Part shown: piece by piece, positions 8,751 through 16,280 of the stretch
Position numbering within the stretch: the stretch's first letter is position 1
Layout: every line of letters begins with the position of its first letter
Assembly: GCA_964549305.1 (NCBI GenBank)
Contig: CAZJVM010000035.1
Location: 1-22,480 of the forward strand
Direction: 5' to 3'
Source: an uncultured bacterium
GTDB taxonomy: Bacteria; Schekmanbacteria; GWA2-38-11; J061
DNA: 22,480 nt
Position numbers and translations under genes: made by a program
Notes under the pieces: generated by a model
Seen by the model: the letters and a program-made list of their open reading frames with translations, nothing else
Told to the model about the DNA's origin: nothing
Databases searched by the model: none

Positions 8751-10731
8751 TTTTAGGTTTATAGATTTTGCACTTCCATAAACTCTTTACCTCCGCATAA
8801 TTCTTATCAATAAATGATATTACTTCAGGCACCCTTTTGTCCAGAGCAGGACCGCCTTCAAGTGAGTAGTGGTTGCTGAATATTATAAGTTTGGGTTTTT
8901 TTTCTTTTATCAGCTCGAGATATAGTTTTCTTTCATCGCCGGTAATCGCCATAAATTCCGTATCATAAGGGGTAGGGTTTAATCTTTTGCAGAGGAAATA
9001 ATAGATTGGCTCTCTGGGGAACGCAAGGATATAATCATCTTCATCTGTATTCGCCTTGACATAATTTACAACTTCCCTGATGTATTCCGCCCACTGAGAG
9101 GGAACATAAATTGATTTTCCCATTTCAATTCCGAGTTTTTCCATTTGCATATTGGATTGAACAAGATTAACCTTCTTAAGATTGTCATAGACAAACCGGT
9201 GAATTGCCGGTTTTGCCGGGAAAAATCCATATCCTGCAACGGGAATTAAAATGAAAATGAATATTGCGCCAAAAGAAAACAGAGTTTTTCTGATTTCGAT
9301 TTTTTGCGACTGCCTTCTCTTTTCATTTAATTCGGACAAATAATCTTCCACCAGCATGGCGCAGAGAAACAACACCGGCGGAAGGCATATGAGATTTCGG
9401 TCTATCCCCGACCTCCCCAAAGCAAGCCTGAAATAGAGAATGGAAAAAAAGAACATTATAAGGAAAAAAATGTATCTCCCCTCCAGTTTTCCGGAAATAA
9501 ATCGCGTTACTAAAATGCCTCCCGATAACGCGATAATGACAATAGGCCAATATTGAAGCGAGACTGCAAAAAGGCGAAACAGAGAGTCCGGTGAAGGTGA
9601 GAGGAAAAAACCTTTAAGAGGGAGAAGAAGAGACGGAAAAGGAATCGCAAAAAACCCCAGCGAAAAATAATAGGGGACAAGGAATAAATCCTTAAAACAC
9701 GAGACGAAGGCATTATCGGCTAAAAGCATAAGGGCAACGGGGATGAACGCGGTTATGATACCCAATACAAATGGCATTATTCCATTCCTTATGACAGCGC
9801 GAAGATCTTTTTTTAACACAAAAAGACATAAATATGACAAAATGATTGCTCCTGAAACCGTAATGCCGACCTCCTGTCCGTAAAAAAAACCGGCACAACA
9901 GGTAATTCCGGTAAGGTATCCTTTTTTCCGTGATGGAGATTCGATATAAGATGCAGAAAGAAAAACAGCTGTAATTCCCAGTGCCTGCCTCAGAAATGCG
10001 TCGTGAATTCCAGGTAATACGGGAAAGTAATAAGCAAGCATTAGGGCAAGTGCAATAAATTTAGTAATTGCTGACCTGAAAAAAGACATAATGAAGTAGC
10101 TTACAAGGCAAAACCCCGCAAAGTAGAGGAAGTAAACATATATTCTTGAAATTAAAATAGAGGGAGAAAATATCTTCATCAGATAAATCAGAGGATATTC
10201 CATTAAAGGACCGTAAAAACAGCGCATATCCCTGTATAGAGATTTCCCCATTAGCGCCTGCCCAATCCATCCGAAATGACCTCCCTCTTCTCCGTAGAAA
10301 CTCCAATCGGCAAACCAGTTTTTAAAAAGAAAATCTCCGCTGAAGGTAAGGGCGAATATAACAAGGCATACAACGATAAATGAAACCGGGCGAACGGATG
10401 TAAATATTTTTTCCTCCCCTATTATGGGGAAAACAGGGCGTTGTTGTTTAGTGTTTCTGAAATAGAGAAAATACCAGGCAAGAGACGAAGCGAGAGTAGA
10501 GAGAATAATAACAAGAACGAATGTATAAAACTCCGGTTCCTTCGGATAATCGGCAGTGACTGTTTCGCTGATTATTCCCAGAGATTTTGCTTTTTCGAGA
10601 GATTCGCTGAAATCCGGAAGAAATGAACTTAGTATTTTTGCAAGGGAAATTCCTGTGACCAGTCCCAATAGAATCGGTAGAAACTGCTCATAGCTCAAAG
10701 GAGAATCCTGAGATTTTTCCTCGGTTTTCAT
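8728..10731 (-). CDS. Polytopic membrane protein, probable GT-C glycosyltransferase (paralog of 3271..5247)
   Basis: 667 aa; FYGEEG, GKSLYRD..FYGPLMEYP, QEVG, YWPIV, RSGIDRN and IYYFL motifs shared with 3271..5247. Start is coupled to the upstream stop (TAATG at 10731). Confidence 0.7.
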   Translation of the reverse strand: MKTEEKSQDSPLSYEQFLPILLGLVTGISLAKILSSFLPDFSESLEKAKSLGIISETVTADYPKEPEFYTFVLVIILSTLASSLAWYFLYFRNTKQQRPVFPIIGEEKIFTSVRPVSFIVVCLVIFALTFSGDFLFKNWFADWSFYGEEGGHFGWIGQALMGKSLYRDMRCFYGPLMEYPLIYLMKIFSPSILISRIYVYFLYFAGFCLVSYFIMSFFRSAITKFIALALMLAYYFPVLPGIHDAFLRQALGITAVFLSASYIESPSRKKGYLTGITCCAGFFYGQEVGITVSGAIILSYLCLFVLKKDLRAVIRNGIMPFVLGIITAFIPVALMLLADNAFVSCFKDLFLVPYYFSLGFFAIPFPSLLLPLKGFFLSPSPDSLFRLFAVSLQYWPIVIIALSGGILVTRFISGKLEGRYIFFLIMFFFSILYFRLALGRSGIDRNLICLPPVLFLCAMLVEDYLSELNEKRRQSQKIEIRKTLFSFGAIFIFILIPVAGYGFFPAKPAIHRFVYDNLKKVNLVQSNMQMEKLGIEMGKSIYVPSQWAEYIREVVNYVKANTDEDDYILAFPREPIYYFLCKRLNPTPYDTEFMAITGDERKLYLELIKEKKPKLIIFSNHYSLEGGPALDKRVPEVISFIDKNYAEVKSLWKCKIYKPKNEAEALE

Positions 10732-12035
10732 TATTTGGTATTCTTCTTGATATATCTTTGAATGAAGACCTTAGACTGTTTTATGCAGTTGTTCAAACAG
10801 TTTATTTCAGGATACAGTTGTGATGTGTTGAGAAGATAAAGCCTGTTATCCAGTAATTCATTGGGTGGTTTTATCCTGGAATAATGCAGTCTTGCCACGG
10901 GTTCTATATAGCGGTTTCTGAAAACAAAGTAGTCTTTTACATTGCTTTTATTGAATTCGGGAAATACCTTTTCGAGCTGTGCAGTCCAGTTCACGAATAT
11001 TTCTTCACGGCCCAGATTAAAAGTTTTTTCCCTTGAGGTATAGTCCATCAGATAAAGCATATTGATATTTTTTCCCTGAAGATTCTTTATGAGGTTGGTT
11101 GTTTCCACAACACCTGCAAAAGGGAGGTTTTCCTTTACGACCGGTATCCAGTAATAATCGGTCAATTGCCTGTCTGTCAGGAGAAGGAGGCATATTACCC
11201 CCTGATAGTTAATTGCCTCGATTCTGCTCTGATTTTTAACTTTTACCGATAAAATTTCCGTAAGCGTTTCGCAGGGAATAGTGGCAACTGCCTTGTCAGT
11301 CTCAATGACTGTCCCGTCGTCAAGAGTGAGAATCAATGTATTATCATTTTTTCCGGAAATATCCTTTACTCCGTTGCCCTTTATGATTTTTACATTGCGG
11401 TTTTTTAAATTGTTTTCCACTGACTTGATAAGAGAATCAAGGCCATCTTCAAGATAGGCCGTTTTGTCGGGTCCGGCTTTTTTTTCTTTTGTTTCCGTTT
11501 GTCTTTTAAGACGTCCCCTGACCCAGGTAGCGGGCACTTCCGCGTATTTTTCCCCGAATTTTGAAATGAGAAGAGGCTTCCATATATATGAAAAGGTCCT
11601 TTCCCCGAAATATCTAATGAGCAGTTCGACTGCGGTCACCGCTTCAAGCTTGTCTATGTCGTTTTCCTTGCTCAATATGAGAGATGATATTCCCGCTTTG
11701 ATTCTGTCCTTGAAAGCAAGGGGAGAAAACCTGATGAGGTCAAGAGCGGTATTCAGGGGATAGACTTTTCCGTTTATCCAGAAACCCATTGTCGTATCCT
11801 GCCAAACGATTTTCGGAAGAAGTCCGTTATCCTCTATCATCCGGAGAAGTTCATTGTCGCCTGAGAGAATAGTGTGATAGAAACGGTCAAGGCGATGTTC
11901 ACCGTAAGGAAAAGTGGAAGCCAAACCGCCGACATTATCTTCCTTTTCGATAATAGTTATATCGTAATCACCTTCGGGAAAATAGTAAGCAAGGCTCAAT
12001 CCCGAAAAACCGCCTCCGATTATGGTAACCTTCAT
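10731..12035 (-). CDS. FAD-dependent oxidoreductase (amine oxidase / protoporphyrinogen-oxidase-like superfamily), function unknown
   Basis: N-terminal Rossmann motif IIGGGFSGL...IEK...GGLA, LDRFYH, PLLISKFG and QLYPE; typical of the uncharacterised glycan-locus flavoprotein family. Confidence 0.85.
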   Translation of the reverse strand: MKVTIIGGGFSGLSLAYYFPEGDYDITIIEKEDNVGGLASTFPYGEHRLDRFYHTILSGDNELLRMIEDNGLLPKIVWQDTTMGFWINGKVYPLNTALDLIRFSPLAFKDRIKAGISSLILSKENDIDKLEAVTAVELLIRYFGERTFSYIWKPLLISKFGEKYAEVPATWVRGRLKRQTETKEKKAGPDKTAYLEDGLDSLIKSVENNLKNRNVKIIKGNGVKDISGKNDNTLILTLDDGTVIETDKAVATIPCETLTEILSVKVKNQSRIEAINYQGVICLLLLTDRQLTDYYWIPVVKENLPFAGVVETTNLIKNLQGKNINMLYLMDYTSREKTFNLGREEIFVNWTAQLEKVFPEFNKSNVKDYFVFRNRYIEPVARLHYSRIKPPNELLDNRLYLLNTSQLYPEINCLNNCIKQSKVFIQRYIKKNTK

Positions 12036-12096
12036 AAATAATTTAATTTGGTAATGAGTGAGATGACAAGCGCTTTCCTTTATATCATCAGTGAAG

Positions 12097-13461
12097 TCAT
12101 TTTTTTAGAATTTTAAAATCTTTTATTCTCCTAAGGACAAAAGACAATTGAGACAGCTTGAAAAATCTCAGCAGAGAAAAAATTTGTTTCGGCCTCAGGA
12201 AAAAACTACGAAAGGCTTTTGCAGGTGCTTCCTGAAGTGTCATTCTGTCCAATCCTTCGGGAATCCATGAAACTTCCTGATAACTTTTATAGTTTTTATC
12301 GCCTATTTGCGTTAGGTCTGTCGTTTCGTACAATTCTGAACCGGGAAGAATGTCCAGAAGCAGAAACTGCGCCCTGTCGAGAGGAATCTTTTTAGCAAAC
12401 CTGATGGTTTCATCAATAGTTTCCTCCGTTTCTCCGGGAAGTCCGAATATGAAAAATCCCTGCGTAACTATTCCTGCTTTTGAGGCTTCTCTTGCGGCAT
12501 ATTCTATAGTTTCAAGCTTTGTTTTCTTTTTGATGTTGTCCAGAATTTTCTGATTTCCCGATTCGATTCCAAATGCAAGATAGTAGCATCCGCTTCGTTT
12601 CATAAGTTTGAGAAGGTCGGGAGTGACTGTTTCCACTCTTATTCCGTTTGGAGTCGCCCAGTTAATATGCAAGTCGCGGTTTATGATTTCGTTGCAAATG
12701 TCTTCTATGTGGCTTTTTTTTAACGTAAGGTTGTCATCTTCGAAATGTATTTCCTTAACATTGAATTTTTCCGTGAGATACTGAATTTCATCAACTACGT
12801 TCTTTGCAGACCTGAAACGTATTTTCCTTTTCCAAAGGTTAGGACTCGCGCAAAAGGTGCAGATAAAGGGACAACCTCTCGATGTGGTGACGGGGGCGAC
12901 GGGGAATTCCCTTATAAGCCCGCCGTGAGGCGCTTTTTTATATTTATTGGGGTTCATATTTTCCCAGTCAGGGAAGGGTAGGGAATCGAGGTCTTCTATG
13001 AATTCACGCTGAACGGTTTCCTTTGAATCCGCCCTGTGAAGACCCGGTATTTGGTTAATAGCATTTTTTCCAGATGAGAGGTTTTGAAGAAGTTCAAGAA
13101 GTGTTTTTTCACCTTCGCCGCAGACGGCAAAATCCGCTTCGCTTTCTTCAATTGATGCCTGCGGAAGTGCTGATACGTGCGGTCCTCCCAAAACGACTTT
13201 TATATTTTTGCTTTTCAGTTGACGGGAAAGGTCGTATGCTTCCTCTCTGTAATCGCTTATAATACTTATTCCTACAATATCATATTTTTCTTTTTCGCAG
13301 ATTGAGACAATTTCCGAATTCGATAATTCCAGATTAAGCCCGTCGAGAATATCTGTTTGTGAAAAACCTTCTTTTTTAAGATAAGAGGAGAGGTAACCTA
13401 TTCCAAGGGGCGGTGTAATGAGGTGGCTGTGATAAAAAGGGCGTGTCAGTAATATTTTCAT
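12097..13461 (-). CDS. B12-binding radical SAM protein (class B methyltransferase-like)
   Basis: N-terminal cobalamin-binding domain (PPLGIGYL, VLGGPH, GEGE); TSRGCPFICTFC = CxxxCxxC; FEDDN, GIESG, FIFGLPGET. ATGA overlap with the upstream gene. Confidence 0.92.
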   Translation of the reverse strand: MKILLTRPFYHSHLITPPLGIGYLSSYLKKEGFSQTDILDGLNLELSNSEIVSICEKEKYDIVGISIISDYREEAYDLSRQLKSKNIKVVLGGPHVSALPQASIEESEADFAVCGEGEKTLLELLQNLSSGKNAINQIPGLHRADSKETVQREFIEDLDSLPFPDWENMNPNKYKKAPHGGLIREFPVAPVTTSRGCPFICTFCASPNLWKRKIRFRSAKNVVDEIQYLTEKFNVKEIHFEDDNLTLKKSHIEDICNEIINRDLHINWATPNGIRVETVTPDLLKLMKRSGCYYLAFGIESGNQKILDNIKKKTKLETIEYAAREASKAGIVTQGFFIFGLPGETEETIDETIRFAKKIPLDRAQFLLLDILPGSELYETTDLTQIGDKNYKSYQEVSWIPEGLDRMTLQEAPAKAFRSFFLRPKQIFSLLRFFKLSQLSFVLRRIKDFKILKK

Positions 13462-14906
13462 TCAATTCCTTCTATTTTTGCCTGCCTTTCATCGTGCTCA
13501 AAAATTTCTTCTTCGCTTGCAATCTTCAGTATTTCACTTTTGGGAAGCCCGAAAAGAATGTGCTCGGCGGAGAGAAGCCCCATTTCAATGGAATGATCCA
13601 TATTGTTATACCTGAAAAGTCCCTGACGCCCGCAGCAGATAAGATTTTCAAAGGAATTTATAAATGGAAGGGTTGTTTTTAACTGTTCCTTGTAGTCGAG
13701 TCTGTATATGGGGTAGGCATGCTCGGCATAAGTGAGAAAGTAGTCAATAGTTTTTTCCTTTATGTCGGTAAACCCTATTGCTTTAAGATCTTCAACACAC
13801 CGTTCATAAAGGTCTTTTTTGTCCGCGTTCCATATTTCATCTCCGTAATTGCAGGCAATTTCCAGTATAAGGGATGTTTTGTCCGCGGGAGCGCTGTGGG
13901 GACTCCAGTTTTTGGGTTCCTGTATTCGCATGAAAAGGTACTGTGATTCAGGAATATACATCCACGTATTATCCGAAACAATGTCCTTGTCCAGAAGAAT
14001 GTTTAAAAAAACAAGGGATCTGAAAACCATCTTTTTGGAGATATCGACTATTTTTTGGTCAGGCAGGGGAGAAAGCTTTTGAATGAATTCAGGAAGCGGG
14101 ATAGTGGAGATAAAGGAGTCTCCCTTAAGCGAAATTTCCTTATCTCCGTTTTTAACGATTACCTCCGTGATTCTGTTGTTTTCGTGAAGAATTTTTTCCA
14201 CCGAATAACCGAGATGTATTTTGCATCCCTTTTCTTCCACGATTTCAGCCATTCTTTCGGGAATTCTTCCTATTCCTTTTTCCGGATAAAAGAATCTCGT
14301 GGCGTAGGTCTTGGGAGTATCTCTTTTTTTCCCGAGAAGCCTTATAAAGACATCCCAAAGGTTAATGAGAGATATCCTCTGTGCCGCCCAATCGGAAGAT
14401 ATCTGGTTAGGCCTGACTCCCCACAATTTTTCCGAATAGGGGCCGAAATAAATATCGTAGAGCGAACGTCCGAATCTGTTGACGACCCAATCTTCAAAAG
14501 ATATGTCTTCAACATTCGAAAATTTAGTTTTTACCGTTGAAATGAGATAATCGATAAAACATCTTACTGAAACGGAAAGTTTAAGTTTCTGAAGAAGGTC
14601 TTTTCCTTCCAGAGGATATGAAAAATATTCTCCCTGAAGTCTGACTACGCTTTTCCTGTCGCGGGTTATAATCTCGTCGGTCATTAAGGAGTATATTTCA
14701 TTTGCAAGCTCAGCATTCTGCGTTATAAAGCGGTGGCCACCCAGGTCAAAATGGTAATTACCGTAATTTACCGTCATTGATAATCCACCTACCTGTGACT
14801 CCTTTTCCGCTATTTCAACGGTCTGATCAGCCAAAACGATTTTCCACGCGGCACTCAAACCCGCGGGACCCGCGCCGAGAATGACTGTTTTTTTCTCTTT
14901 ATCCAT
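13458..14906 (-). CDS. FAD-dependent oxidoreductase, UDP-galactopyranose-mutase-like (eukaryote-type motifs)
   Basis: ILGAGPAGL Rossmann motif; FDLGGHRF, KLWG, WAAQRI, WMYIPE, FMRI...NWSP, HAYP and GRQGLFRYNNMDHS. Confidence 0.8.
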   Translation of the reverse strand: MDKEKKTVILGAGPAGLSAAWKIVLADQTVEIAEKESQVGGLSMTVNYGNYHFDLGGHRFITQNAELANEIYSLMTDEIITRDRKSVVRLQGEYFSYPLEGKDLLQKLKLSVSVRCFIDYLISTVKTKFSNVEDISFEDWVVNRFGRSLYDIYFGPYSEKLWGVRPNQISSDWAAQRISLINLWDVFIRLLGKKRDTPKTYATRFFYPEKGIGRIPERMAEIVEEKGCKIHLGYSVEKILHENNRITEVIVKNGDKEISLKGDSFISTIPLPEFIQKLSPLPDQKIVDISKKMVFRSLVFLNILLDKDIVSDNTWMYIPESQYLFMRIQEPKNWSPHSAPADKTSLILEIACNYGDEIWNADKKDLYERCVEDLKAIGFTDIKEKTIDYFLTYAEHAYPIYRLDYKEQLKTTLPFINSFENLICCGRQGLFRYNNMDHSIEMGLLSAEHILFGLPKSEILKIASEEEIFEHDERQAKIEGIE

Positions 14907-15115
14907 AGTTTCTTTTTAAAGATTAAAAAAATAAAATCGGTTATGAAAAAACAATATCTTAATTTTTTACATTTTATACAATCGAATTTTCAAAAATATT
15001 TTCACAGAGAAAAACATTTTGTTGGCGCAATATTTTTAAATGATTGATTGCCTCGTAATATTGTTTCATTATAAATCAGGTTTTACATATTGAAGAATGG
15101 AAAAATCAACAGCTC

Positions 15116-15799
15116 TTATCTTTTTATTATAACGCATTGGGAGAGGGATAACTGAAGAGGTTTTTCAACTTTACCGGCAAAAAACTCTTCAAAAGCTTTT
15201 TTAACTCCTTCCATATGATAATCGTGCGAAATGATTATACCTGCGCGCGATGTTCTCGGGAAAAAGAACTCAAGGCAGTCTTTGGTGCTTTGGTATGTGT
15301 CCACATCTATATGTACGAATGAAAAAACCGTATCTTTCAAACTTTCCGCTGTGTCGGGGAAAAGGCCTTTATAAATGCGGACATTGGGATAATCCGAAAG
15401 CTTTTCACAGACTCTTTCATAGTCGGATTTGTACATTTTTTCTTTGAACTCGCTGTCGGTTTTTCCAACCGACGGAAGTCCATCGAATGTATCGAAAAGG
15501 TGGAGGTTTTTATTTCCCTTCGCACTGCATATCGCCTTTGCCGTTGTGCCTTTAAATACCCCCACTTCGGCATAGTCTCCTTCCATATCAACCTGATTTT
15601 TCGCAAAGGAGTAGACGGTGAGCAATTCACTTGGTTTGAGAAGGAAGGGTTTGTCTTCCGCGATAAACTCTTTCAGCATGTCGATGGTTTCCCTCTCGTG
15701 ATAAATGCCCATTATTTTCAATTCAATTGCGCAAAACAGGTCATTCAGGAGAAATCCCGCTTTTGTGTTTGTGAGAATCTTTTTGATTTTTTCTAACAT
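15116..15799 (-). CDS. TylF/MycF/NovP-family SAM-dependent sugar O-methyltransferase
   Basis: GDYAEVGVFKG, LFDTFDGLP, KGLFPDT, FVHIDVDTYQST, GIIISHDY and GVKKA motifs. Confidence 0.9.
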   Translation of the reverse strand: MLEKIKKILTNTKAGFLLNDLFCAIELKIMGIYHERETIDMLKEFIAEDKPFLLKPSELLTVYSFAKNQVDMEGDYAEVGVFKGTTAKAICSAKGNKNLHLFDTFDGLPSVGKTDSEFKEKMYKSDYERVCEKLSDYPNVRIYKGLFPDTAESLKDTVFSFVHIDVDTYQSTKDCLEFFFPRTSRAGIIISHDYHMEGVKKAFEEFFAGKVEKPLQLSLSQCVIIKR

Positions 15800-16042
15800 T
15801 TTCGGGGATGTTATTTAAATCTGATATGCGTTCTTCCCACCAGTGAGAAAGCAAATATCTCTGTTTGAAGTATGTCTATCGAAAAATTGGCTTTTCTGTT
15901 TATTCATTTTTTTTGGGAATTTCTATAAAAAGTGATGCACTGTCAGATAAGTATGACATATTTTTCAGCAAATAAGTATTTTTTTTAAAGTTTCTAAAAT
16001 TGAAGGTTGATAGTTGTCGGGGTGTTAAAATTTACACGAAAG

Positions 16043-16059
16043 TGTCGGTTTTCTGAACA
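16043..16059 (+). promoter_or_regulatory. Putative enhancer (bEBP-binding) site TGT-N11-ACA, distal copy
   Basis: TGTCGGTTTTCTGAACA, ~160-180 bp upstream of the sigma54 motif. Confidence 0.5.
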
Positions 16060-16121
16060 CTTTCTAAGTTATTGAAATATAAGTAATTATATCTAATATT
16101 GTTATATTTTAAGATTTTGTG

Positions 16122-16138
16122 TGTCGAAAAATTGGACA
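16122..16138 (+). promoter_or_regulatory. Putative enhancer (bEBP-binding) site TGT-N11-ACA, proximal copy
   Basis: TGTCGAAAAATTGGACA, ~85-100 bp upstream of the sigma54 motif; shares the TGTCG half-site with the distal copy. Confidence 0.55.
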
Positions 16139-16192
16139 TATTTTATATTTGCGGAAAATCTTTTTTTTGGAGTAATGTAAAAAAATCATATT

Positions 16193-16205
16193 AATCAATA
16201 AGTTA
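16193..16205 (+). promoter_or_regulatory. IHF-binding site
   Basis: AATCAATAAGTTA is an exact match to WATCAANNNNTTR. It has an A-tract upstream and lies between the enhancer-like sites and the sigma54 promoter. Confidence 0.6.
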
Positions 16206-16220
16206 CATTTTTTAAAAAAA

Positions 16221-16237
16221 TTGGCATGATTGTTGCA
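16221..16237 (+). promoter_or_regulatory. Sigma54 (RpoN) -24/-12 promoter
   Basis: TTGGCATGATTGTTGCA: GG(16223-4)-N10-GC(16235-6), near-consensus YTGGCACGNNNNTTGCW. It ends 43 nt before ATG 16281, which has a GAGGG RBS at 16269-16273. Confidence 0.8.
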
Positions 16238-16280
16238 ACGTATATTAAAATGAATAATAAAGATTTTTGAGGGAAACGAT

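Noticed and set aside
10731-14906. Heme/tetrapyrrole interpretation (HemY-like oxidases plus BchE/HemN-like radical SAM)
   Set aside because: No other tetrapyrrole genes are present; the motifs and context favour glycan modification.
14907-15115. Sigma70/sigma54 promoter or small RNA in the AT-rich gap
   Set aside because: A minus-strand TATAAT has no good -35, TTGGC at ~15022 lacks the -12 GC, and no stable hairpin is evident.
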